DNA from: Octopus bimaculoides
Taxonomy: Eukaryota
DNA length: 42,138 nt
Direction: 5' to 3'
NCBI RefSeq assembly: GCF_001194135.2
Contig: NC_068985.1
Span: 70,273,634-70,315,771 of the forward strand
The notes beneath the pieces were generated by a model. That model was given only the letters and a program-made list of their open reading frames with translations, made no database searches and was not told the origin of the DNA. Positions within the stretch are counted from its first letter, which is position 1, and each line of letters begins with the position of its first letter. This document shows, one piece after another, positions 24,931-36,690 of this stretch. The position numbers and the translations under genes are program-made.

Positions 24931-25843
24931 CATGTACGTATGCATATAGAGATATACGCAAACATGTGGAGACAAAGGCGCATACATAAACACTCTGCGT
25001 TCCTAATGAGTTTTTAAAGTAATGTTCCCAGTTACAGTTTTTATGTTTATGAAACGTCTTTTAAATATAAAATGCGTTGAATATGGAAATGCTCTGCGAT
25101 TCCTTGTTTTTCTAAAGATGAGGAGAATCTATATGTCCAAGTGCCAACAAAAGAAACTTTAAAGAATTTCAAATAAAAGACAGGTGTCAAATACAAATTT
25201 AATTTTAACAGAGATGCACTTTCTTCTATTTTTCACTGCCTGAATGGAAGACTGCCTGTTCTAAAGAAGTTGTAAACAATTCCATGTCCAAAATTTCTAT
25301 CTGACATAGAAATCGTGTTTCAAGTTTTTCCCAGTGATGTTTTTTTATTTCCATTTTATCATTCTCCCTCGCTNNNNNNNNNNNNNNNNNNNNNNNNNNN
25401 NNNNNNNNNNNNNNNNNNNNNNNNNNNNNNNNNNNNNNNNNNNNNNNNNNNNNNNNNNNNNNNNNNNNNNNNNNNNNNNNNNNNNNNNNNNNNNNNNNNN
25501 NNNNNNNNNNNNNNNNNNNNNNNNNNNNNNNNNNNNNNNNNNNNNNNNNNNNNNNNNNNNNNNNNNNNNNNNNNNNNNNNNNNNNNNNNNNNNNNNNNNN
25601 NNNNNNNNNNNNNNNNNNNNNNNNNNNNNNNNNNNNNNNNNNNNNNNNNNNNNNNNNNNNNNNNNNNNNNNNNNNNNNNNNNNNNNNNNNNNNNNNNNNN
25701 NNNNNNNNNNNNNNNNNNNNNNNNNNNNNNNNNNNNNNNNNNNNNNNNNNNNNNNNNNNNNNNNNNNNNNNNNNNNNNNNNNNNNNNNNNNNNNNNNNNN
25801 NNNNNNNNNNNNNNNNNNNNNNNNNNNNNNNNNNNNNNNNNNN

Positions 25844-25906
<63 letters not shown>

Positions 25907-25910
25907 TGCT
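25844..25910 (+). repeat. (ACT)n-(GCT)n microsatellite
   Basis: Directly visible. Confidence 0.95.
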
Positions 25911-25939
25911 ATCTTTCTATCTATATCTTAATAATAATC

Positions 25940-26135
25940 ATTTCTACTTTATGCACAAGGTCTCAAACTCCGGAGGAGGGGTCTAGTTGATTACATCGGC
26001 CCTAGTACGCCACAAGTATTTATGTCATCGACCTCGAAAGAATGAAATGCACTCATGACCTCGGCGAAATTTGAACACAGAACGCAAAGATGAATGAAAC
26101 GCCACTAAGCATTCTATTCTACCAGCACACCGCAT
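25940..26135 (-). mobile_element. tRNA-derived SINE
   Basis: The minus strand has a B-box-like GTGTTCAAATTTCGCCGAGGTC and the core TTTCATTCTTTCGAGGTCGATGA; same family as 1058-1245. Confidence 0.75.
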
Positions 26136-26149
26136 CTTTTACATTTGTT

Positions 26150-26347
26150 TTTTGCACTAATCAGGCAAATTAGGGCGAAGGGTTTGCATGATTTCATTGA
26201 CTACACTACTCAACTGCTATTTGTTCTATTGACCTTGAGAGAATGAAGGCAAAGTCGATTTGGGTGGTATTTTAACTCAGTGCGTAAGTAGTTAGAAGAA
26301 ATATCGCTAGACATTTTATCCGACATGTTAAAGAATTTGTCCGCTTC
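26150..26347 (-). mobile_element. Second, more decayed SINE copy, tandem to the previous one
   Basis: Shares GACC..GAGAGAATGAAGGCAAAGTCGA..TTTAACTCAG with the adjacent copy. Confidence 0.65.
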
Positions 26348-26379
26348 TTTTCCATACATTGCTGTGAAATATTGATTAA

Positions 26380-26960
26380 AAATTTTTGCAGAAGGCTAGA
26401 AATTACGAGGGAGAGGGTGAAGCATAGAAGACTGGATCCCTGGCATCTGGAATGTTTTCAAAGGCTTACAGTATGTTCTTAGTCGGACACAACGGTCACT
26501 GTCACGTCAAATCCTGCGTTCTATAGAAGAATGAAGTGCAAAAATAACGAGATCTTCATGAAGAATCTGTGTATTGACGAGGGTCAACTGAACAGTTCTT
26601 CTTAAGAAAATCCTGCACATGATCTAGAGACAACATCCAGAAATCCCTGTTATGACAGCACTAATAGGAAAGAGTGTATTCCCTGCTTTTGATACACTCA
26701 CCGTCAACCCATTATGTTCGCATTCGTTCAATTTCCAAGCGTTGCTGACATGTACATTTATGTCGAACAGCTACTCTCTGGTGTATATCTCTTTATAGAA
26801 ACGGATCATCTTACCTCTTTTCTTTGGCGTGGACACCTTGCACGACGAACATGATTTAAAAGACCGAGATAATTTCTTCTTTGGCTGAAACCTCATAATC
26901 TTAGATTCTTGTTTTCCTTTCTGTTGAAGCGTCCGATGTCTGTGCGAATGTCTGTATCTT
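26380..26960 (+). mobile_element. Decayed Tx1/L1-clade ORF2 3' fragment
   Basis: DNIQKSLL*Q (resembles DNFQKSLAWQ) and IMFAFVQFPSVADMYIYVEQLLS (resembles ETVxHAxVQCP..VEQLLS). Confidence 0.55.
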
Positions 26961-27711
26961 ATCTTATTCATATCTTTTTATTCTTGTGGTTAATCGTGTT
27001 TTGTCAAGAATTGATATAAAATTAGTGTAAGAAGCATACACCTAACAACCTTGAAGAGAGGAAAATTAATTAACACTAATGTCAAGTTAGATAAGAGAAA
27101 AAGTGTGAATTACAGGAAATATATACTTACTAAAACTAAGAAACTAATAATCTAGATAGAGTATTAAGCACACAAATGGAAGAAAATGTTTGGATAGAAT
27201 ATTTTAGATGCATTAGATTAATAATTAAATAGAGCTGAATACGAATAAAAAGAACAAAATTAATAGGCATCATTATCATTACAACCAGTTGTCTCAATAA
27301 TAAGATAGTTATAATATTCTTAATTGGACGTTAAGTAACTTAGCAAGTGTTGACAGAAAAGAAAGTAATATAATGACTGCATGTAAAATACGCACAAAAT
27401 ATCTGACAAATTATATTTGCAAGTACTGGGAGGCAAGAAATCAAGTTAGATATATCCAAACAATTAGGTCTTCCGTATATATTGCTAAATTCTGCACCCA
27501 TATTACATGAAATACTTTTAATACAAAGGAAAAACACGAAACAAAATAAATATAGCATGAAGCCCAGTTACACAGAGTAAGTTCAGTTGGGTTGTGCAAG
27601 GAATATATGCAATAAAAATAAGACCACTGAATATATATGATAAATCATCCCCAATTAATTGCCTTATTACAGTTTTAGAATAATATCGTTTACTTTTGCA
27701 ACAATTTATCT

Positions 27712-27715
<4 letters not shown>

Positions 27716-27776
<61 letters not shown>

Positions 27777-28085
27777 NNNNNNNNNNNNNNNNNNNNNNNN
27801 NNNNNNNNNNNNNNNNNNNNNNNNNNNNNNNNNNNNNNNNNNNNNNNNNNNNNNNNNNNNNNNNNNNNNNNNNNNNNNNNNNNNNNNNNNNNNNNNNNNN
27901 NNNNNNNNNNNNNNNNNNNNNNNNNNNNNNNNNNNNNNNNNNNNNNNNNNNNNNNNNNNNNNNNNNNNNNNNNNNNNNNNNNNNNNNNNNNNNNNNNNNN
28001 NNNNNNNNNNNNNNNNNNNNNNNNNNNNNNNNNNNNNNNNNNNNNNNNNNNNNNNNNNNNNNNNNNAGTAGTAGTAGTAGTAGTG
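27716..28085 (+). repeat. (AGT)n microsatellite spanning a gap
   Basis: (AGT)n is present on both sides of the N-run 27777-28066. Confidence 0.9.
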
Positions 28086-28369
28086 GCGGCGGCGGTGGTG
28101 GTGGCCTCGGTGATCAATACTACTGCCTTCAGTGTGCCAGTAATTTCTTAAGAGTTGTTGGTATTGTTGTAATTATATAAATGGCTTCTATTATCTCTGT
28201 TAATTTATCGTGAATTCTGTAGAATATTGTAGTATACTCTTCTAGTATATTTTTATCAGTGAGTACAATTAACTTCGTCCATCCTACAAACACTCATTTA
28301 GATGTCTTTATATATGATTAATATAGCTAATATTTACTTTTTATTCGCTAACTTTCAGTTGCATCCTTT

Positions 28370-28680
28370 CTTACAGATGGCCATCGATTTATAGATGTGG
28401 AAACTGAACATAAGCCTTATTGATTTGGCTGCGATAGAGTTTGATTCTGTCACATCTCCTGTTTATATCACGCACAATAGTTTAGCAACCTTTCTCAACC
28501 AGTTCTCCCAAGAATCGTATTGACTAACATGATGTGGGAATTTATCAATAGCTTGTGTCAAACTGTCTAATTAAGAGTTATCTTAATAGTTACAAAAGAT
28601 AGGGATGTTAGACTTTTAACAGTACGTTGCTAGGCAATGATGTAAATTGAGTTCACCCGTTACAAGGATGTTTATTTTCA
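28370..28680 (-). mobile_element. Possible decayed LINE APE C-terminal fragment
   Basis: ILVTGELNLHH (resembles IxxGDFNxH) and LDSLTQAID (resembles LxQxV). Confidence 0.3.
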
Positions 28681-30594
28681 TAGCAGATGTTCAATATGTC
28701 GTTTCTATGTTACCATCTACATTTTCAATTAAGTTTGGAATTTGAATGATACGGCTTCAGCTTCAATCAATCAATTAAAGTCCAATGAATAACGTAATCA
28801 GGTGTATGTAGGTTTTATCTTTTAATCAAGAGAGAATGCACCCCTAAACATTTCACCATTTTTCCAGAACTCCAAGATTGGCTGCAAGGAATGAAAATGG
28901 TGCCAACTGTGTAGAGGTTTGTCATGCTTCTTTGCAAAAACAATGATTTCCTTATACACTCTCAAGAGCCGAGTGACGGATATGTGTGAACATGTATGTA
29001 TGTAGGCATGTATGTATGTATGTATGTATGTATATATGTATGTATATATTATGTGTGTATTATGTATGTATGTATGTATGTATGTATGCATACGTACGTA
29101 CGTACATGTACATATTTATATATACATAAATTGGTGCTTTTTTTATTTGAAATTCCATATAAAACAAATTTAACATTAAATGAAGGATCACTTTTTAATA
29201 AAGTATCTATATATTTGTTTAAGGAAAAAATAGACAGTGACTTGAAGCCTACATGTCGTCGTCATATATGCAAAAATGTATGCACGCGCGCGTGTGCTTG
29301 TGCGTATATTAATGGTACATAATATTTCATCATACGTGACCAAGAAATATGGACTTTATACTCTCGTGAAGTATATTAACTGACTCAAATGTCAATAACA
29401 GCCAAGAATATATACTAATTTTATGTTTTTTTTTCTTTCAGCTACCAACATGTACTCATATCGTTTAAAAGGCAAAATTGTAATATATTTGGTATTCTAG
29501 TGTCATGAAAAATGCTACAGATATATTCATCAGATGTATTCGTAGACTTTTGAACCAAATGACTATCATTATTAGCCGACTGATGTGTCAGCCTTCTATT
29601 TCACTCTTAATTTTACGGTGACGAAATATTTTCGATTACTCTGCTCTAAGAAGAAAATAGTCTGGTCTTTCATGCACTTTTTCCTATTATTTCACAACTG
29701 ATCAAATTGTATATACACAACACTGAAATTATTAATTTGGAATCATCGTAAATTATGTATGCTCTTTTTCTTTCTCTTTAAACAGTGTAATAGAAAGAAA
29801 CAATGATTAAACCATCAATTGATTAAAGTGATAGTAGTGATGACAATGAACCTGTAATAAGATGGATGTTCATGTGATGGACTCTGGTGATATCGATATA
29901 GTGTATGATGTATATACAATGGATATTTTATAACGAAAATATGATATTATAGACATGTGATATGCTAGATCTACATAGACATAGATCTGTCATGTCATAT
30001 ATAGATTATATGATAGATCTGTTACGTGGTCGTTTTAAGATATGATATACCTTTGAGGTAGTGAAAAGCACGCGAAAATGTCTTTACAGGTATTTTTAAT
30101 GCAAATCAATGCATCATAATGAACAAAGAGTTGGTGGAAATTGATGTTAGATGAGACAGATCTAAGAGATAGATGACATTATATAACATCAAAGCACACG
30201 GGAAAATATCCTACATAAGCATTAAGTACATGGAGGTGTAGAAGTAACAGAATTGCTGATATGAAACAATTAAAATTGTGTTAACTATGGTTTTTTAAGC
30301 ACTCCCCGCCTTAACAGAATCTGCTAGACAATGACTCCAGCAGAACAATCCATTAACAAACTAATCCACGAGCAGAAGTGCATTCCTTCAGCCAGTTTTG
30401 AAGAAATGGGGTAATATAAATGAAGCATAACAAAGTCCCATTATATTTACTAAATTTAAATTAATAAAGTCTAGAACTAGCTAGAATGTAATCAAATATA
30501 AGTTGTCACCTATGAATAGCTGGGCTGTTGAAATGTTATTTATGAATGAGAAGAGAATGCAATCAAATAGACTATATTAACATCTCCTGAATAT

Positions 30595-30855
30595 GTGTGT
30601 GTTTGTGTGTGTGTATGTGTGTGTGTGTGTGTCTGTGTATGTATAGTTGTGTGTGTGCCTGTATTTTTCTCTCCACTAACGTTTGACAATCGACGCTGGT
30701 GTGTTTATGTCACCGTAACTTAGAGGTTCGGCAAAAAGACCGATAGAATATGTACTAGACTCACGAAGAATAATTCTGGAAGTCGATTTCTTCGACTAAA
30801 ACCCTTAAAGCGGTGCTCCAGTCAAATGACTGAACCAAGTAAAAGAATAAAAGAT
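30595..30855 (+). mobile_element. SINE 3' half with internal (TG)n
   Basis: GCTGGTGTGTTTATGTCACCGTAACTTAGAGGTTCGGCAAAAAGACCGATAGAATA..GCGGTGCTCCAG..CAAATGACTGAACCAAGTAAAAGA matches an abundant octopus repeat recalled from memory. Confidence 0.7.
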
Positions 30856-31259
30856 TACAAGTATATACATCAAAGAAAAGAAGAAAATGATTTGAGAAAG
30901 TTATCCTGAAGGAAAGGAGGACAATATTTTATTTCATTTGCAACCGGTTTCAATTAATGAAGACTATCTAATCATGCAATAAGAAATTAGAGAAATGCGC
31001 AAAAAAATTAATTCAATTAATTATTCTAAAAAACTGTGTGAATGTTGATATGGTTTTCTCCAAAATTCACAGTAACGATCGTTGGTTCTCTATCATGGCT
31101 GCGAGGTCATCACAATGGTAGTATTAGTTTGGAGTGGAGGAGATCGATTTGTATATTTTTGCTGTTATAGTGGTGGTGGTTTATTTTTCGTTACTGGCAA
31201 TGTTGATATCGAGGAATGATTAATAATGGTAGGACAAGATGTGTGGTCGTGGGGGCAGT

Positions 31260-32390
31260 CAAAAACTGTACTTAATGAAGAAATCCCCGATAAACTCAGA
31301 TTGTAGCTTTTACTGTAATGAATCTTTGCACAAACATCCTTCATAACTGAATTCAAGCCATTAAAATCTGGGGAGATAACTGGATAGTTAATCTGTCACA
31401 ATGCCTAGAAAATGGATTAATCATTTCAGAGAATAACTATTATATGTTTAATGAGAACTTTATCAAATATGTGGGACCGTGATGGGGAAGAAAATAACCA
31501 CTTCCTTTGCAAATTTAGTTTTTGGCTATCTAGAGACTACGATTTACTAAAACTTATTCAAAAGTATAGGAACACTACCTGTAAATATATAGAAAAAACT
31601 GGAAAACATACGCCAACGGTTACTTAATGTCAGGGAAAAAAAGCTGAGAGGCACCAAATGAATTCCAAACGGTAGTCAATGGAATTAACAAAAATATGAA
31701 CTTCACATTCGAATATAGACTAACTCCAAAATTTAGATATCCTAATAAAGAAGTCAACAACCGAATAGCAAGATATATTCCTTACAGACTTACAGACTCA
31801 AAGTCATATATATTTTTCAGCTCCTATCATCCCAGATATCAAAATAAATCTCCTTCATAATCTATCCAAAATGATCGGTACAATAGTATATGGTAGAACT
31901 GTATCTAGAGAAAATACTTGCATTATGTATGTTGGAGGGTGTAAGGATACACTGCTTGAAAAAAATATTAACAATATTTAATCGATGATGAAGCACAACG
32001 AGCCCAAACAATTAATGTCTGGGTACCAACACAAAGCAAACAAAGAAAGATACTGAAATTGAAAGTCTTACCTTAAATTTCTACCCACAATCCTAAAATC
32101 AATAGCGTACAGACACAGAAAACGGACTCCAGGATCAGCCAATGTCTTCTAACTCAAACCAAAATAAAAACCTAAACACGCCGTATAAATTTGTACAATG
32201 AAATTCGGATAACCGAGTGTTCGAGCCAAATAAGACTCAGGAATGCGTGCCTGACATAAAGTAACCTAATTTTACGATCTTCCTCTCATATCAATTTGCC
32301 GATGGCAAATCGCAACCACGACTTGTCAACAAAGAAACTACATTCATAACAAAATATCGACCACTTCTTAATCACTGATGGAAATAAAAG
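31260..32390 (+). mobile_element. Decayed Penelope-like element RT region
   Basis: IVAFTVMNLCTNILH (resembles DVxSLYTNIPH), NNYYMFNENF/ICGTVMGKKITTSFANLVFGYLE (resembles GTAMG..YANLFMGYLE), WKTYANG (resembles WxRYIDD) and INKNMNFTFE occur in order. Confidence 0.72.
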
Positions 32391-32391
32391 A

Positions 32392-32408
32392 CTACTAAAA
32401 CAACAACA

Positions 32409-32455
<47 letters not shown>

Positions 32456-32462
32456 AACAACA

Positions 32463-32505
<43 letters not shown>

Positions 32506-33010
32506 ACACCACTACAATACTACTGCTGCTGCCGCTACTACAACAACTGCTGTTGTTGCTGCTACTGCTGCTGCTACTGCTGCTGCTACTACTGCCACTA
32601 CTGCAGCCACTGCTGCTGCTGCTGCTCTTACCACTACAGCGACTACTGGTTCTTCGGCTATTACTACTGCCACTAAAGTTACTTCTCCCATTCCTACTAC
32701 TGAAGAAGAGTAATCAAATTCTCCCGCAACCCCTACATCTTTTGCCATATCCACCGCTACTACTACTACTACAATAACTGCTTAAGGTACTACTGCTGCT
32801 ACTACGTTTAATGATAAGAGAGACAGAGTTGCTGATGCTTCAAATAATGGCATTCTTACTACCATAATTGACGTCTTGACTATATTTACGAACCAGCCGT
32901 CAATGCCAAATTGCCAGTAAGCAACCATAGACCACAAGCACAGCATCAACAAAAAGGAACAATTGATCAGTGCCACTGCTGAAAGTGCTATTACCACTAT
33001 AGTGACCAAG
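32392..33010. repeat. (ACT)n grading into a degenerate ACT/GCT triplet tract
   Basis: Directly visible. Confidence 0.85.
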
Positions 33011-33429
33011 CAGGTTCACGGGGAAAAGAAAAAACCACTAGCATGTGCATTTTGTAAGGTAACCATGTAAAATTTCAAACCACCTCTCATGATAAATTCC
33101 TTGAATTAAATTTAAAGTTTTTTCCTTTTCGTTTTGCATTATTAAATAATTATAAACAATTGAAACCGGTAACATATTGCGACAAGTGGGCAAATATTAT
33201 CTTCCTTTTACTTGTGACAATGGATCATCTCGTGCGAAACAGATGAACTTAGAGAAGGAAAGAGAGAGAATAAGAGAGGATAAGAAAAGGGAGAGTGGGA
33301 GGGAGAGGGAAAAGGAAAGAGAAGCCAAAACATAACCTGGGAGTAAACAGATATCAAATCAGTATATATAAAAAAAAAGCAAATATGCATAAAGGAATAT
33401 ACATAGCACGAAGACAAGTGTCTACTCCC

Positions 33430-36400
33430 TATGCAGAATCTGACCACCCCCTGTACCTACACATTCGATCCCTCATAGCGTCTGATGTGGCTTTTTAAAC
33501 CAGACAATATTTTGAAGACATCCACATAGATTCCATATCCGATTTTGCCCACCAAGATCTGCAGTTAAGTTCTGATCTTTGTGGATGAGAAAATGACTTT
33601 CGAGGCCTCCGTTAGATTTACAAACCTTATGACATACATGGCATTGGAATGCGTGCACAGGCATTTAGGCAGAATAGTAAGTGGAGGTTTGTTTTCATGG
33701 GTCTGCAAATGGTATTTGAGCCTAGGATTTACCTTCTGGATCGTAACATTCTTCTTTAAATGTCTCTTGAGTCATACATATTTTATTCTCGCTTCTTCAA
33801 ACGTTTTCACTCCACTCCACACATTTTCCGCGATCCAGCTCGATCCAAAGCAATGGCTTCTATGTCCGCTGGATCCATTCCTCCAAGTAATTTCCTGGTC
33901 GTCCTTATGCCGTCCTTATACCTCTTTCTATGTTTCCACCGATAGTGTCTCCCCTCTGCAAGCTCACCACAACACAGCTTTTTGGATGTGTGTTCATCAG
34001 CCATTCGAGCAATATGGCCACACCATCTCAATTGGTTTTTCAGTATCATTGTTTTAATTGAAGTGATGCCTCCTGACGCAAGAATATCTGTGTTCTGAAT
34101 AAAAGGATTCCATTTAATGTTTAAAATGCGATGAAGGTATTTCTGGTGGAATTGTTCTAACAGTTTGAAATGTCTTTCATAACATGTCGACCTTTTAAAA
34201 GAATACAACAGAGATGGTAAGACAAAGGATTTATAAAGAGCCAATTTTGTTTTGTTATATGTCGTTGGCACCAAACGCGTGAAGCCAAACCACCAAATAC
34301 TTGTGCTGCCCTTTGAACTTGCAGATGTATCTTTGTGTTCAGATATTCATCATGTTGTACAGAGCTTCTGAGGTAGATGAAAGAATCAACAACCTCAAGT
34401 AACTAACCATTAACAAAAATCTAAGTGGGGTTGCAAACAGCACCACATGCAGGTTGATACATTACAGCTGTTTTTTTTTCAAGTTGATGGTCATGCCAAA
34501 ATTATCACAAGCTGGGTCAAATGCAGATACAAGAGATTGCAGACCTGTTTCAGAATGACTGACTGGATCACAATTGTCAGTATATAAGGGTTCCCTAATG
34601 AGTCAAGTAAAAAGCTTAGTTTTCAATTTCAGTCTGGTCAGATTAAAAACATTCCTTATTGTTCGATATTTTATGTAAATACCCTCCTCGGAGTTTTGAA
34701 AAGCATGTGACCGCAAAACAGCAAAGTATATTGCAAAGAGGGTGGGTGCATCAAGGTTTCTTTGCTTTACTCCATTTTCCACGGCAAAAGATTCAGAGAA
34801 ACTCCCACCAAAATTAAATCTAGCTTTCATATCTTGATGCAAAGCCCTGATCATGTTTACAAATTTTTCTGTGCAACCTATTTCCCTTAGAATTAACCAC
34901 AGAGCATTTCGATTAACAGTAACGAATACTTTTCTCAAATCAAAAAAGCAATGGTATAGGGCAAGATTCTGTTCAATGCACTTTTCCTGAAATTGCCTGA
35001 TGGTTAAGATACAGTTACCTGTGCCCCTGGAGAAGCGAAAACCACATTGAGATTCAAACACCATACTTGGAACTATGGGGGTATTTAAATGTTCTAACAG
35101 AATGCAGGCAAGTATCTTTCCAACCATAGACAAAAACGAAATCCCACGAAAAATACCGCACATATCCTTTCTCCCCGATTTATAAAAGGATACTAAAATG
35201 GCATCAATCTATTCTTGAGGCACTTTCTCAGTTCTCCAACAGTGACAAATTAATATATTTAATAGTTCTAACATTTTGTCACCCCGTATTTCAATACCTC
35301 TGCACAGATTCCATCTCACCATGGAGATTTGCCATTCAGCTTATTCACAGCTAAAATGTCATTTAGAGTTAGTTCAAATGCCATCTCCTCTATAATTGGA
35401 AGGAGTTCGATTTTTTACTATCATCCTCATGTCAGCGGATTATGGTCTATTCAAAAGTACAGACAAATGTTCTACTTGACGCATATAAATAGAAGCGGTG
35501 TCAGTCAGAATCAAACGTCGATTTGCTGTTCTTAGCGGAGCTATTGAAGAGGATTTGGGGCCATATACCTCCTTAACATAAGAGTATAAACCCTTGGCGT
35601 AATTTCTATCAGCTGCTTCTTGTGCCCCTTTTACTCTATCATTCCACCATTCCTGTTTAATTTTCCTTAGAGTAGTCTGCACTTTCCTATTCATCTTTAC
35701 ATAAGCTTCGTCTGAGTTGGGGTTCAAGGACTGGAAAAGAAGTGTATTGCCTAAGTTTTGCTTTTCTAAAAGTAGATCATGAATTTCGGTTGATTTGTCT
35801 GAGAACCAGTCACTGGACTTATGCGATTTTAATCCCGCTGACGAACCTGCAGCCTGAGATACTTCTGTTTTAAAATCTGTCCATAGATTGTTTGGGTTAA
35901 GATTGATACTTTCTATAGCAACGTGGAATCTTTGCAAGTTGCTTGGTAATTGGAAGTTTGCAGCATTTAACTTTTTGGGTACCTTAGGACCAGACTGTCG
36001 ACTCTTAGGCATTATCGAAAAATTCTTTTTTCCATGCAGTAGATGATGGTCAGTCAAGCTCTTTGCTTCTCTCATGGCCTGAACACTGGAAACATCTTTC
36101 ATATCACGTTTTCTGATCAAAATATAATCTATGGGATGCCAATCCTTAGATCTTGGGTGCATCCAGGTAGTTTTATATTTATTTTTCTGCTTCAACAGAG
36201 TGTTGGTAACAACCAGATTATTCCCAGTACAAAACATCAAGAGAGCTACTCCATTTTTATTATATTTTCCAGTCCTATTTCGGCCTAAAACAGGCCATGA
36301 AATGTAGTTGAATTATTGCGTTGAAATCTCCCGCTATGACCAGCTTGTCAGAAAATGGTACCTTCCTCAATAATTATGCTAGATCGTCATAAAATCGTCC

Positions 36401-36690
36401 TACAGTTTCATCAGAATGAGACATTGTTGGTGCATAAATACTGACAACAGTAAGAAAGGTACCCTTTGTCAGTTTTATACAGTATGATATGGTTCGTACA
36501 GATACACCACTTGGAAATTCTGTAATGGAGGATACTAATGAATTTTTGAGAGCAAACCCAACACCAGATTCCCTATGCTGACCCTTAGTTAGGCCTCTCC
36601 ATAAGATAGTATATCCATAAGTAGGTTCATTTATTTGACCCTCACCAGAGAGACAAGTTTCAAGGAGCGCAGCTATATCAAGGGGAAATT
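33430..36690 (-). mobile_element. RTE-clade LINE, nearly full-length but dead (APE + RT + C-terminal C2H2-like finger)
   Basis: APE: DIAALLETCLSGEGQ..GYTILWRG..RESGVGFA, AGDFNA, NNLVVTNT..KTTWMHPRSKDWHPIDYILIR..TDH. RT: RGISFLSMVGKILA, ESQCGFR, FFDLRKVFVTVNR, GVKQ..APTLFAIYF, with YADD mutated to YTDN (34584-34573). C-terminus: QLRWCGHIARM..LCCGEL..G.R..KRYKD and CHVCHKVCKSNGGLESHFLIH. Confidence 0.95.

Larger units (their letters stand above)
1282..28066. other. Nine assembly gaps: 1282-2240, 13228-13766, 14320-14753, 17355-17510, 20681-21433, 22763-22987, 23503-24499, 25374-25843, 27777-28066
   Basis: N-runs totalling about 4.8 kb, mostly flanked by microsatellites or TEs, as expected of a short-read scaffold. 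Confidence 0.99.

Noticed and set aside
27340-27720. Hydrophobic Cys-rich minus-strand ORFs resembling membrane receptor helices
   Set aside because: There are no convincing GPCR or Cys-loop motifs. The antisense of an A-rich strand yields F/L/I/C-rich peptides, and the + strand looks more like a very decayed retroelement.
1172-28117. All long ORFs of 130-443 aa containing X runs
   Set aside because: They are artefacts of translating N-gaps. Only the Tc1 and PLE edges next to the gaps carry real signal.
28350-28430. Acceptor-like ttcttacAG|ATGGCC as an exon start
   Set aside because: All three frames hit a stop within about 20 codons, and the opposite strand is better explained as an APE relic.
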